From: Bacteroidota bacterium
Lineage (GTDB): Bacteria; Bacteroidota; Bacteroidia; Bacteroidales; VadinHA17
DNA: 63,215 nt
NCBI GenBank assembly: GCA_030706785.1
Contig: JAUZNW010000001.1
Coordinates: 1-63,215, forward strand
Direction: 5' to 3'
Shown here piece by piece: positions 17,036-28,217 of this stretch. The position numbers were made by a program, and so were the translations under genes. Below the pieces are notes generated by a model. The model was not told the origin of the DNA and made no database searches. It saw nothing but the letters and a program-made list of their open reading frames with translations. Each line of letters begins with the position of its first letter. Position 1 is the first letter of the stretch.

Positions 17036-19669
17036 TCAGTTGGTTAGCAGCCTGATATTTTTAAGTATCTGCTGAGCGATCCCGATTTTGTATCCAGAGG
17101 ACGAATAAACAATATTGCCATCGTTATCTACCAGGATTATAAGAGGATAGCTTATCGTTGGGGCCAGATCCTTAAGACCGGAGCTCTCGAGGATGCCGGG
17201 ATCAATATCAGAACGTGAATAAGAATTTGATGGCAGACCATTGGATTTGCGTGGGTTGAATAATACACTATCAGTACCTGAGGCGGTTGATAAAAAAATA
17301 AAGCATCCTCCCCATTTATCAAATTCATCTTTCAGCAGAGGGAGATCATTAAGAAAGTGCTTTGTAGGTTCCCTCTCCGGTTCTATCCAAGCAAGGACAG
17401 CTCCTTTTCCGGAATTCCGGCAATTACCCTCTTCAGTTATCCTGTCAAGTGCATTCTTATCAAGGGTCCCTTCAATCAGCGGCTTCCCGGAAGCCTTCCT
17501 GAGCTTCACTTCAAGCTTCAAATGCTTGTCAGGAGCGAGGTTAAAAAAGGTGATGCCTGAAAGTACTCCTCCGTCGTTGAGCCTGTTACCTGTCACCAAC
17601 ATATAATTGCCGGCGGTAAGTTCAAGCTCATCCCTGAAATCAGTTATTTTCATATTATCAGGATATTCCAGGGTGTTGTAACGGCCGTTCTCCAGCCTGG
17701 CAAGGGTAAAATGAACATAATATTCCGGAACAGGATTGGTCTCTCCGGAGAACAAACGGATATGTCCTTTCATTTCCACGGGTTTGCTTTCATCGTTGAA
17801 GTAAACATCATTCCACTTTCCGTCAAGGAAATACTGTGGTCTGTTGCTACCGGGCTCAAGCCGTGACGGTATGCCAAGGCTTCTGCAGGCTGACACAAAA
17901 AATATGCACCTTGACCAGGGATCCGCAATTTTTAAATCGTATGTTCCACGCGGTGTCAGCGGAGTCCGGTAATAGTTTTCATCATCTGTGATCTTTATTG
18001 AGGTGTTTATGTATTTAACTGCAGCTAGCGGATCTTTTACAACATTCGTTGACAGATCTGCAGGAAGGTTCTTAAGTAAATATTCCCTGTAAGCAACCAG
18101 CATCTCATTAGCTACCCTTGGATTCAGAATATAATTCACAAACAATTCACTTTTCGTATCGAGTTTATAAGGATTCTTAACATTCTTAAGGTGATCCTCA
18201 AGAACTGATGCTTTTGTATCCCTGAGGTCTTTTTCAGCTATTGATCCGAGTAGTGAAATTGCAAGTTCCCTGTCATTGTCAGAAGTTCGTTTAAGGAAAG
18301 CAATGATTTCCCTGTAATTACCCATGCTTTTCTTTATCAGGGAAACTATCCGGGCAGTATCTGTATTGAGCTGAACTGCGATGGCTTTTGCCTCTCCAGG
18401 TTTGATCCATGAGTCAGTATAAGCTTCGCGAGTTTTATTCTCTGCGTTTACCCTTTTAGTATTCATCGCGACAAGTTCCTTTGAAGGTCCTTTAAAAGGA
18501 GACGGCACCGGTGGCACACTAAGATCGAGGTTCAAAATTCCTTGTTCAGGCGGCTTATCATTTAAGCTTAATCTTAGTGTATCGACGTCAGTGACAGAGA
18601 TCTTGCCGAATGCGAAATCATTTCCCTTTCTCGCCCAGATCAGCAGATCGCCGAATCCGGTCTCAAAACTACTGAGACCTTTCGTATCGGTCATGACTGT
18701 CGTAAGCGGATAGAATTCAGCATAATTGTAAAGCTTATATTCCACATAAGCATCAGGAACGGCTTTCCCCATTGCGTCTGTTACCTTCACCCATATCCTT
18801 TTTGTGGAAGCATAGCTGGAAAGATTGTTTACTTCAGAGTATAGCCTGAACTTGTTAATATAATTTTCGTCACCGTAGCCTGCCCCGAAAGATCTAGTGT
18901 GGATGAGCATTGCCCTTCTTGCAGGTTCGGTGAACCAACCTCTGTCGAGTACTGGTTCAGGTTCGCAGGCTCCCATATAATGCCATTTCCCCTTGATCCA
19001 GACTTCAACCCAGGCATGATTGTCGTCAGTGTGAGCCCACCGGGGCGTGTAGACCTGACGGGCAGGGATCCCTGCTGCCCTGAGTGCGCTTACGGTAAAT
19101 GTCGATTCCTCTCCGCATCTTCCCCTTGCCGAAAGAATAGTACTCATCGGGCCTGAAGTACGGATATCCGAAGGCTGGTATGTTACTTTCTCATGACACC
19201 AGTGGTTTATTTCAAGAGCAGCATCAGCCATATCCAGACCCTTTATTCTTTCGGATATTTCATTATGGTATTTTAATCTGAATGAATCGAGGTTTTCATT
19301 ATTGACCCGGCAGGGAAGAACATAATGAAGGAAGATATCCCCGGGAATTGAATCTCCCCAGGTGGTTCGTTCCCTTGTCTTCAGGGCAATTTTTACATTT
19401 TCAAGGAAGAATTCCCCGGTATAGTCTGCCAGGTCGCTGAGGGGCATAAAAGCTAAGATGAACTTAAGCCCTTCGGATTGATCTGCAGTCAACTTCCGGT
19501 TAAAGACATTAAAAAGAGCATCTTTTCTTTCTGCTGCCAGTGACTTATGTCTGATGAATGCAGAATCAACTGTTTCCCTGTATGATTTGTCTGAGATTAA
19601 ATGATGATCCAAACAACCCGTTGCTAAAATAACAGCAGCGGCCAGGAAAGAAAATGAGTATTTTATCAT
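17036..19669 (-). CDS. Secreted transglutaminase-like cysteine protease-fold protein (877 aa) with a C-terminal thioredoxin-like domain
   Basis: Signal peptide/lipobox ILATGC. Transglutaminase core GRCGEESTFTVSALRAAGIPARQVYTPRWAHTDDNHAWVEVW (Cys...His...Asp). The C-terminus resembles the TlpA fold but lacks CxxC. Confidence 0.75.
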   Translation of the reverse strand: MIKYSFSFLAAAVILATGCLDHHLISDKSYRETVDSAFIRHKSLAAERKDALFNVFNRKLTADQSEGLKFILAFMPLSDLADYTGEFFLENVKIALKTRERTTWGDSIPGDIFLHYVLPCRVNNENLDSFRLKYHNEISERIKGLDMADAALEINHWCHEKVTYQPSDIRTSGPMSTILSARGRCGEESTFTVSALRAAGIPARQVYTPRWAHTDDNHAWVEVWIKGKWHYMGACEPEPVLDRGWFTEPARRAMLIHTRSFGAGYGDENYINKFRLYSEVNNLSSYASTKRIWVKVTDAMGKAVPDAYVEYKLYNYAEFYPLTTVMTDTKGLSSFETGFGDLLIWARKGNDFAFGKISVTDVDTLRLSLNDKPPEQGILNLDLSVPPVPSPFKGPSKELVAMNTKRVNAENKTREAYTDSWIKPGEAKAIAVQLNTDTARIVSLIKKSMGNYREIIAFLKRTSDNDRELAISLLGSIAEKDLRDTKASVLEDHLKNVKNPYKLDTKSELFVNYILNPRVANEMLVAYREYLLKNLPADLSTNVVKDPLAAVKYINTSIKITDDENYYRTPLTPRGTYDLKIADPWSRCIFFVSACRSLGIPSRLEPGSNRPQYFLDGKWNDVYFNDESKPVEMKGHIRLFSGETNPVPEYYVHFTLARLENGRYNTLEYPDNMKITDFRDELELTAGNYMLVTGNRLNDGGVLSGITFFNLAPDKHLKLEVKLRKASGKPLIEGTLDKNALDRITEEGNCRNSGKGAVLAWIEPEREPTKHFLNDLPLLKDEFDKWGGCFIFLSTASGTDSVLFNPRKSNGLPSNSYSRSDIDPGILESSGLKDLAPTISYPLIILVDNDGNIVYSSSGYKIGIAQQILKNIRLLTN

Positions 19670-19677
19670 TAAGAATA

Positions 19678-20712
19678 TTAAATGGTGCCGCAGGAGTTTC
19701 TGATAACAAGTTCAGGTGTGATATTAACCTGCCTCTTATACTTGCTGTTACCAGAGTTCTTTACTTCTGACCAGATCATATTTGCAACCTTCAGGGCCAT
19801 TCCGGTAAAGGGTTTTTTCAGGCTTGTAACAGGTGTAAACATCAGATCGAATCCGATCCCCTCTTCCATTGAAATCAAAGCAATATCCTGAGGAACACGC
19901 AGGTTCTTTTTCCTGAGGAAGGACATTATTCTGTAAACCAGATCGGAATGAAGAATAACCATCACATCAGCGCTGTATGGAGGCCGCATAAATTTCTCAA
20001 GCTCACTGAAGTCAATGTCAGAGCTGATTATATGGTTGTTCAGTTCAACATGGACAGGCTTGTTGAGACCAGTCTTCTTTCCAAGTGCCTGCCTGAGCAG
20101 TCCGACGACATCACTACCGTCATAAGTCGTATTCTTATAACTTACCAGCAGGACGTTTTTATATCCGAGCTTTTCAATATGATCGGCAACCCGCTGTGCC
20201 CCTTCAGTCATATCTGTACAAACGGTATTCAGACGAAGCATCCTGACGCATTTCTCCAGAAGGACAAACGGATATCCCGTTGATCGCAATGAACGTATTG
20301 TATAGTCATCTGCCGCATCACCGACGAGAATAAGTCCGCTGTAGAATTTTCTGAAAGCACCTACAAGACGATTGTATCTGCGGTCGTCCGGATCTTTCGT
20401 GATAACTGAAAATCCAACACCGATACTGGCAAATGCTTTCTGCAGTAAAGGAGTGATTTCATAAACAAACTGATCGTGAAGTGAAGGAACTATCATTCCA
20501 ATAACACCCGGTTTTTCATCAACAGGCAAAGTTTCCTGCGAATCCCTTGCAAGGTCAAAATAACCCATCTGTCTTGCAAGAGCAAGCACTTTTTCCTGGG
20601 TATCTTTCCTTATGCCATGCTGGTCGGCTTTGTTGTTTAAGACAAGCGACACTAAAGTGCTGGACACGCCGAGTCTCTCGGCGAGATCTTTGTTTTTGAC
20701 TTTTTTCCCCAT
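19678..20712 (-). CDS. LacI-family transcriptional regulator
   Basis: N-terminal HTH (VKNKDLAERLGVSSTLVSLVLNNK) followed by a periplasmic-binding-protein-like sugar-binding fold. 344 aa. Confidence 0.9.
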   Translation of the reverse strand: MGKKVKNKDLAERLGVSSTLVSLVLNNKADQHGIRKDTQEKVLALARQMGYFDLARDSQETLPVDEKPGVIGMIVPSLHDQFVYEITPLLQKAFASIGVGFSVITKDPDDRRYNRLVGAFRKFYSGLILVGDAADDYTIRSLRSTGYPFVLLEKCVRMLRLNTVCTDMTEGAQRVADHIEKLGYKNVLLVSYKNTTYDGSDVVGLLRQALGKKTGLNKPVHVELNNHIISSDIDFSELEKFMRPPYSADVMVILHSDLVYRIMSFLRKKNLRVPQDIALISMEEGIGFDLMFTPVTSLKKPFTGMALKVANMIWSEVKNSGNSKYKRQVNITPELVIRNSCGTI

Positions 20713-20870
20713 TTTTTCCCCAAAAATTGGATGAAATAAATTTAGGACAAATTTTCTTCTAAAACACTGCTTTAAGAAAATTTAACAAATAACCAGGCTT
20801 CTAATAAATTCAGGATATAGCGATTCTTCTAAACAATTTGCAAGTTAATAATTAAAAGTTTAGTCAGCAG

Positions 20871-22838
20871 CTATCTTTTAGGAGGCTGAATACCTCTAGC
20901 TTTTGCTGCTTCCTCAAGACGCTGCTGCCATTTTGATTTTTTGAATGGCTTCTTTTTATTCTCCTCCAGCGTGGTTAAAACTTTACTTACATCTATGAAC
21001 CTCTTTGACAAAAGGTTCTGAAGATACGTAATAACATTGGCCAGCAGATAATAATAAGTAAGTCCCGATGGCAGGTTGTTCATAATAAACATGAACATTA
21101 CCGGCATTGTATACATCATCATCTTCATACCCGGCTGATCCTGGCTCGGAGTTGAGCCTGTCATCTTCATTGTGATGATTGTGGACAGTGTCATCAGGAT
21201 AGTGAACAGGCTTATGTGGTCACCATACAGAGGTATCCTGAAGGGCAGATTGAGTATTGAATCGTATGTTGACAGGTCGGTAGCCCACAGGAAGTGCTGC
21301 TGACGCAATTCTATCGACACGGGGAAGAACCTGAACATTGCAAAAAGTATTGGAATTTGCAGGAGCTGAGGAAGGCATCCTCCCATCGGATTTACTCCTG
21401 CTCTCTTGTAAAGGTCCATGGTTGCCTGCTGCTTTTTCATTGCATCTTCCTTTTTTGGGAATTTCTTCCCAAGCTCATCAACCATCGGTTTCAGTACCTG
21501 CATTTTGGCGGTGGACTGATATGATTTAAAGGTAAGCGGCAGAAGGACTATTTTGATAATGATAGTTAGGATCAGGATTATCAATCCATAGCTCCTGATG
21601 TATCTCTCAAGCCACTTAAATACAGGAATAATAATGAATCTGCTAACCCATCCGATTATATTTTTGCCGAGGAAGACCAGCTTATCAAGCTCCATACCTT
21701 CCTTGCGCAATGTAGGTATGTCGTTGGGACCGTAATATAACCTCATGGCCATTGAGCTTGATTCAGCAGAGTTCAGGGGCACTCCTACCTCGGATGTATA
21801 ATACCTTATATATTTATTCGAAGCCGGTGTTTTGGTCGAAGTTATTGATCCGTTCAGGAAGTAATCCTTACTGATCAGAGCAGATGAAAAGAACTGATCC
21901 ACAAAGGCCACCCAGCTCAGTTTTGTTGTAATGTCCTTCTTTTCCACCTCCTTTTGCTGCCTGAGCTTGAGCCATTCAACGTCATCCTGATAATACTTAT
22001 ACTTTATATTGGTATAGTTCTCCTCATTCAGCCTTCCCTTTTCCTGCTGAGGCACATAGATCCTCCAGTCAAGCGTCACGTTGTTCTGGTTCGACCCCAA
22101 CACACTTTGTAAAGATTTGAAGGTCACATCAAAGTCGACCATGTATTTATCAGGCGCAAGAGTGTATTTGTATTCAATGTATCTGTCATTCCCTGCGGCG
22201 AGCCTGAGAATGACACTCTGTGGCTGATTTGTAACGAGATAATCTCTTTTGTCTTCCATTGGCTTAAAATAAAGCTCATTGGTCTGTATAGCTTTATTAT
22301 CGGCCGTAAAGAAATTGAAGCCGAAAACCGTGGAGTCTCCCGAGAAGAGGACTAACGGCAGGGAATCATAGGTCCTGTAATCCTTAAGGCGTGCCGAGTA
22401 TACCCTTCCTCCCTTAAGCGATATTCTCAGTTCGAGTTTATTGTTTTCAATTGTAATAAGACCTGTGTCACCTTTTATTGAGCCTCCGAATACGCCATAC
22501 TTACCTGAATCGATTACGCCTTCTGATGTAATCTTCTGTAGCTGAGCCTTTTCCGGTTCAGTTAAGCCTGTCGTGTCTTTCTTAGCCGGAGCATTGACAA
22601 ATCCGAGTTTCTGGTTGATCTCATTTACCCTGGCCACCGCGTCCGGCTGATTTGGCTTGTACCGGAGCGCATTAATATATTCTGCCCTTGCATTTTCAAG
22701 ATCTCCGGCTTTATAAAGGGAATCGGCGACAGCCATGACCTTCCTGTACGATTTGGTCATCCTGCTTCCGTTATACAGGCTGAAGCCGATAAAAATTGCA
22801 AAAATTAAAATTAAACCTGTTACTGTATTCTTATCCAT
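20871..22838 (-). CDS. yidC: Membrane protein insertase YidC (long Bacteroidota form)
   Basis: 655 aa. It has a large periplasmic P1 domain followed by the conserved core (PLTFKSYQSTAKMQVLKP, GVNPMGGCLPQLLQIPILFAMF, FLWATDLS, MPVMFMFIMNNLPSGLTYYY). Confidence 0.92.
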   Translation of the reverse strand: MDKNTVTGLILIFAIFIGFSLYNGSRMTKSYRKVMAVADSLYKAGDLENARAEYINALRYKPNQPDAVARVNEINQKLGFVNAPAKKDTTGLTEPEKAQLQKITSEGVIDSGKYGVFGGSIKGDTGLITIENNKLELRISLKGGRVYSARLKDYRTYDSLPLVLFSGDSTVFGFNFFTADNKAIQTNELYFKPMEDKRDYLVTNQPQSVILRLAAGNDRYIEYKYTLAPDKYMVDFDVTFKSLQSVLGSNQNNVTLDWRIYVPQQEKGRLNEENYTNIKYKYYQDDVEWLKLRQQKEVEKKDITTKLSWVAFVDQFFSSALISKDYFLNGSITSTKTPASNKYIRYYTSEVGVPLNSAESSSMAMRLYYGPNDIPTLRKEGMELDKLVFLGKNIIGWVSRFIIIPVFKWLERYIRSYGLIILILTIIIKIVLLPLTFKSYQSTAKMQVLKPMVDELGKKFPKKEDAMKKQQATMDLYKRAGVNPMGGCLPQLLQIPILFAMFRFFPVSIELRQQHFLWATDLSTYDSILNLPFRIPLYGDHISLFTILMTLSTIITMKMTGSTPSQDQPGMKMMMYTMPVMFMFIMNNLPSGLTYYYLLANVITYLQNLLSKRFIDVSKVLTTLEENKKKPFKKSKWQQRLEEAAKARGIQPPKR

Positions 22839-22872
22839 TCAATTACTATAATGTCATTAAAAAATATTCCTG

Positions 22873-24492
<1,620 letters not shown>

Positions 24493-24508
24493 TTATTATA
24501 TCGAATAT

Positions 24509-26464
24509 TTACCCACCAAGACCTGACTGGTCTATCATTTTTACTTTTTCTTCAAGAGTCTTTATCATCTTCTTTGCATTCTCGATCTTGTCCTGAACTT
24601 CCTTGATCATGGTATCGGCATTCGGTGATTTGGCGAAGAAGCCTATATTGTTTTCCCAGAGTACAATATCACTTTCCAGCTGTTTGATCTTCGTAAAGAA
24701 TTTCTCCCTTTCATTCCTTACTTTCCTTGAAGCTTTTGGATTTGATTTGAGATTGTCAAGCTTTGTTTTATACTTAAGTATGCTCTTATCCTCGTCAGCG
24801 ATTTTGAGCTTGTCAAATTCCTTGTTCAGTGCGTTTCTGTACCTGTTCGTGACCTCCTCCTTCTTATTGAACGGTACAAAGCCGATCTCTGTCCACTTCC
24901 GCTGCAGATCTTTCAGACGCTCGAAAGCGGCCTGAACATCTGATCCTGGTTCGAACTTTTCAAGTTCTTCAATAATTGCTAGCTTGGCCTTGAGGTTGTC
25001 CTCGTATGAGGTATCAAGGTTTGCAAAAAACTCAACTTTCCGGTTAAAGAAGTGGTCGCATGCCTTGCGGAATCTTCTCCATGTCTTCTCGGACTGCTTC
25101 CTTGGCACCGGCCCTATTTCCTTCCATTCTTTCTGCAGCCTGATAAGTGCGTCTGATGTGGCTTTCCAGTCAGTGCTCTCCTGAAGCGCCTCTGCCTGGA
25201 TGCACAATTCGATCTTTAGCTGAAGATTGTTTAACTGTGTTTCCTTGTTATCAGAATAGAAGTTCCTCTTCTTCTCGAAGAATGCATCGCATGCTTCCCG
25301 GAACCTCTGATAAACTTTATTATTCTGCTTCTTAGGGGCAAATCCTATTGTCCGCCACATTTTCTGCAGTGCTACAATCTTGTCAGCCTTTTCGTCAAAG
25401 TCCTTGAAGCTCTTAAGCTCCAGCTGATTGATGGATTCCACCTCCTCACACAGGGCAATTTTGGCATCGAGGTTCTTCCTCTGCTCATCCTTCTGTTTTT
25501 CGAAGTATTCGTGATGTCTTTTGTTAATCTGGGATGTTGCTTCCTTGAATCTTTCCCAGATCTCATTCTTTGATTCCTGTGGAACAGGTCCGATCTCCCG
25601 CCACTGATTATGATAATCCTGCAAAGCCCGGAAAGCGTTTACGGGATTGGGTTCAAGCAGCAGCTCCTCGGCTTTTTCACAAAGGATGACTTTTGCTTCA
25701 AGGTTCTTTTTCAGATCAAGATCTCTGAGCTCCTTGTTTATCTTGATATAATCATAGAAAACCTCGACACCGTGGTGATAGTTTTCCCACAGGTCCTTCA
25801 GTGATGACTGCGGAACAACGCCAATCGAGTGCCATTCGTTCTGCAGCGCCCTGAAATCGTGAAAGGTTTTGTTAATGGATTCCTCACGGTTGACAAGATC
25901 CTTGATCTTGTCGATTATATCGTATTTCTTCTTAAGATTTTCGTATTTCTCGGCTTCCTGGACTCTGTTGAAGTCGTTCTTTCTCTCCCTGTATTTTTCG
26001 AGAAGCTCCTTTACCCGGTAATCCAGCGGATCGACCCATATCTTGTAGTCTTCAGGCTTACCACCGCCTTCAAGGAATTTACTCTTTCTCTCTTCAGTAT
26101 CTTGCTTCAGTTTTTTATAAAAGAGGGCCTTGATCCGCTCCACATCATTGCGGATCTCTGAAGGAGGCCTGTTTTCGATAATCAGGGCGAGTGTCTCGAC
26201 CAGTTCATTTTTTGAAAAGCCTGAATAGTCAACAGGAGGCAGTTCAATTTCGTCCAGTTCTCTGAATTCCTTTGAAGCAGAAGATGGCTCCACCTCATTC
26301 TCCCTTACTACCTCTTCTTCTTCCTTTGCCTCTTCTATCCGGGATTCAGTTTTTTTCTCCTTTTTCGCTTTTTCAGCCTTTTTAGCTTCTTCCGTACCGG
26401 CCGCATCTTCATTTGCGCCGTGCTGTTCATCCAGAACAGGGTCCTCCGGATTTTCCTTGATCAT
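24509..26464 (-). CDS. DUF349 repeat protein
   Basis: It has repeated ~75-aa helical units with W(K/R)EIGPVP / W(R)TIGFAP motifs and an acidic N-terminus. The track start at 26494 is TTG, so the ATG at 26464 (MIKENPEDP) is preferred. Confidence 0.8.
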   Translation of the reverse strand: MIKENPEDPVLDEQHGANEDAAGTEEAKKAEKAKKEKKTESRIEEAKEEEEVVRENEVEPSSASKEFRELDEIELPPVDYSGFSKNELVETLALIIENRPPSEIRNDVERIKALFYKKLKQDTEERKSKFLEGGGKPEDYKIWVDPLDYRVKELLEKYRERKNDFNRVQEAEKYENLKKKYDIIDKIKDLVNREESINKTFHDFRALQNEWHSIGVVPQSSLKDLWENYHHGVEVFYDYIKINKELRDLDLKKNLEAKVILCEKAEELLLEPNPVNAFRALQDYHNQWREIGPVPQESKNEIWERFKEATSQINKRHHEYFEKQKDEQRKNLDAKIALCEEVESINQLELKSFKDFDEKADKIVALQKMWRTIGFAPKKQNNKVYQRFREACDAFFEKKRNFYSDNKETQLNNLQLKIELCIQAEALQESTDWKATSDALIRLQKEWKEIGPVPRKQSEKTWRRFRKACDHFFNRKVEFFANLDTSYEDNLKAKLAIIEELEKFEPGSDVQAAFERLKDLQRKWTEIGFVPFNKKEEVTNRYRNALNKEFDKLKIADEDKSILKYKTKLDNLKSNPKASRKVRNEREKFFTKIKQLESDIVLWENNIGFFAKSPNADTMIKEVQDKIENAKKMIKTLEEKVKMIDQSGLGG

Positions 26465-26644
26465 ATCCAATCCTTTAAGGTTCAATATCTTCAAAAAAAC
26501 TCCCTTCCATGCCAGGGCATGAAATTTTCAGAGTACGAAAATATTGAATTATTTATTAAAACTCAAAGTTTTAGAAAAATAGATTATCAGTAAATTTGGG
26601 GATCGTCAAATGGTAATTTTCTCAGGATATTAAATACATATAGT

Positions 26645-26818
26645 ATGACCAGCAAAGACATTATTTTATACGCAGTCATAATTGCAGCTGTGGGCTTCAG
26701 CCTTTATAGGAGGTATGTTAAAAGTAAACAAGGAAAACCCGGCAATACCAGCCAGGCCCAGGGTACTTCTTTCCCATCATCGAAAGATGATGAGTATGAA
26801 CCATACTCGAAGAAGTAG
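26645..26818 (+). CDS. Small single-pass membrane protein (57 aa), below the ORF-track length cutoff
   Basis: The ATG at 26645 opens MTSKDIILYAVIIAAVGFSLYRRYVKSKQGKPGNTSQAQGTSFPSSKDDEYEPYSKK, with the stop at 26816-26818. It has one clear TM helix followed by a positively charged and then acidic tail. There is no homology evidence. Confidence 0.4.
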   Translation: MTSKDIILYAVIIAAVGFSLYRRYVKSKQGKPGNTSQAQGTSFPSSKDDEYEPYSKK

Positions 26819-26820
26819 TT

Positions 26821-26915
26821 GGTTATAGGTGATTGGTGATTGGTGATTGGTGATTGGTTGTTGGTTGAAGGATCGAATGTAAAAACCTAATATCCAATAA
26901 CTAATAACCAATATC
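26821..26915. repeat. Heptanucleotide tandem repeat (GGTGATT)x4 with degenerate flanking units, plus an imperfect inverted CCAAT-rich arm
   Basis: 26821-26869 reads ggttata ggtgatt ggtgatt ggtgatt ggtgatt ggttgtt ggttgaa. 26893-26915 (ccaataactaataaccaatatcc) is a degenerate reverse complement of the same unit. It lies between convergent genes. Confidence 0.85.
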
Positions 26916-26919
26916 CTTA

Positions 26920-28209
26920 TCATCTCCTGTTCCTGGAAATAAGATAGCGCATAGGATAGAAGATCTTCTGCAGCAGTCGAAGGTCCTCAGTTATTATTTC
27001 AGCTGTACCCTGCATGTTTTGTGTAAATTCGAGCTTTTTCCCGTAAAGGGTCACCAGGCCTGAAGGAAGTTTAAGCTCTATTATGTAGTTATCACCGGAT
27101 GGGACGAGTGATTTTGAGTTCACTATTCCTCTTACCATACCATATTGCAGGTACGGGAATCCGCTCAGCTTAATGTTCACTTCCTGACCAACTTTAACCT
27201 TACCTGACCTGTGCATCTTAAGGTTTATCCTCCCGATAAAATCTCCGGCATCAAACGGAACTATACTTAAAACCGGTTCATCCTTGGTGACTGTCTGATT
27301 CTCGCTCCAGAATTTTGTAAAAGTCACTATACCAGTCACCGGAGAGATAAGCAGATAGTTATTCTCCCAGATTTTTATCTGGGCTTTGAGGTTCATAAGC
27401 GATTCATTCAGAACAGAATAGTATTTTTCCCTCTCCTGGATTCTGGTGATCTTATAGTCCTGCAGCAATTGTCTTTTTTCAGCCAGTTCGATCGATTTCG
27501 CGGAATGGTCGAGCTTTACCTGCTGAAGATCAATATTCTGCTTGAGGAGTGACTGGCGCGATTTCTCAAGATCACTTTCGGAAAGGACACCGTTAACATG
27601 CAGCATTGAATCCCTTCCGAATTTTCTTTCCTCAAGCAACTGGTTCTCCGCAAAAAGTTCTTCCTTGACCTTCACCTTGCCGATATAAACAAGGATATTG
27701 TCAATTTCCTCAGTGAGAGAGGTGATTTTATTCCCGTAATAATCATTCAGATTATAATTATAGTAGTCCGAAAGGCTTTTCAGGAATGTGCCCCAGAACG
27801 GCTGCAACTCACCAAGCTCAGTAAAGTCCGGAAATCTTGCAAGTACAAGCTTCTCAGGATTGCTGATAGTATCAACCAGCATCTTAAGCCGGTTAACCTC
27901 ACTGATCGATGCTGCGGTCTCCATCACTGCAATCAATCTGCCCGACGTGATACTGTCCTTGTCGTTGACGTACAGGTTTTTGATCCTGCCGGTAATTTTA
28001 GACAGGAGAGTAACGGGGGGATTGACTGTTGTTATTTCGACCTGGGCAGGAACAATATCGGGATACTTAATTAACCATGCCAGGAAAACAATCAAAATGC
28101 ATACGATAAGTATGATGGTACTTCCCCATCTCAGTATCCTTCCCGGAGGGCGTCCCATTATTTCGCTTACAGGCTCTGAGTATACGATATCGTCTCTATT
28201 TTCTTCCAA
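26920..28209 (-). CDS. HlyD-family secretion/membrane-fusion protein (bacteriocin-exporter accessory type)
   Basis: 429 aa. It has an N-terminal cytoplasmic stretch and one TM (WGSTIILIVCILIVFLAWLI). It then has a coiled-coil hairpin region and a C-terminal beta-barrel. The gene is adjacent to and co-directional with the PCAT gene. Confidence 0.8.
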   Translation of the reverse strand: MEENRDDIVYSEPVSEIMGRPPGRILRWGSTIILIVCILIVFLAWLIKYPDIVPAQVEITTVNPPVTLLSKITGRIKNLYVNDKDSITSGRLIAVMETAASISEVNRLKMLVDTISNPEKLVLARFPDFTELGELQPFWGTFLKSLSDYYNYNLNDYYGNKITSLTEEIDNILVYIGKVKVKEELFAENQLLEERKFGRDSMLHVNGVLSESDLEKSRQSLLKQNIDLQQVKLDHSAKSIELAEKRQLLQDYKITRIQEREKYYSVLNESLMNLKAQIKIWENNYLLISPVTGIVTFTKFWSENQTVTKDEPVLSIVPFDAGDFIGRINLKMHRSGKVKVGQEVNIKLSGFPYLQYGMVRGIVNSKSLVPSGDNYIIELKLPSGLVTLYGKKLEFTQNMQGTAEIITEDLRLLQKIFYPMRYLISRNRR

Positions 28210-28217
28210 CTTCAGGT

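Noticed and set aside
26821-26869. The tandem repeat considered as a CRISPR array
   Set aside because: The repeat unit is 7 nt with no spacers. No cas genes or 24-48-nt repeat/spacer periodicity occur anywhere in the window.
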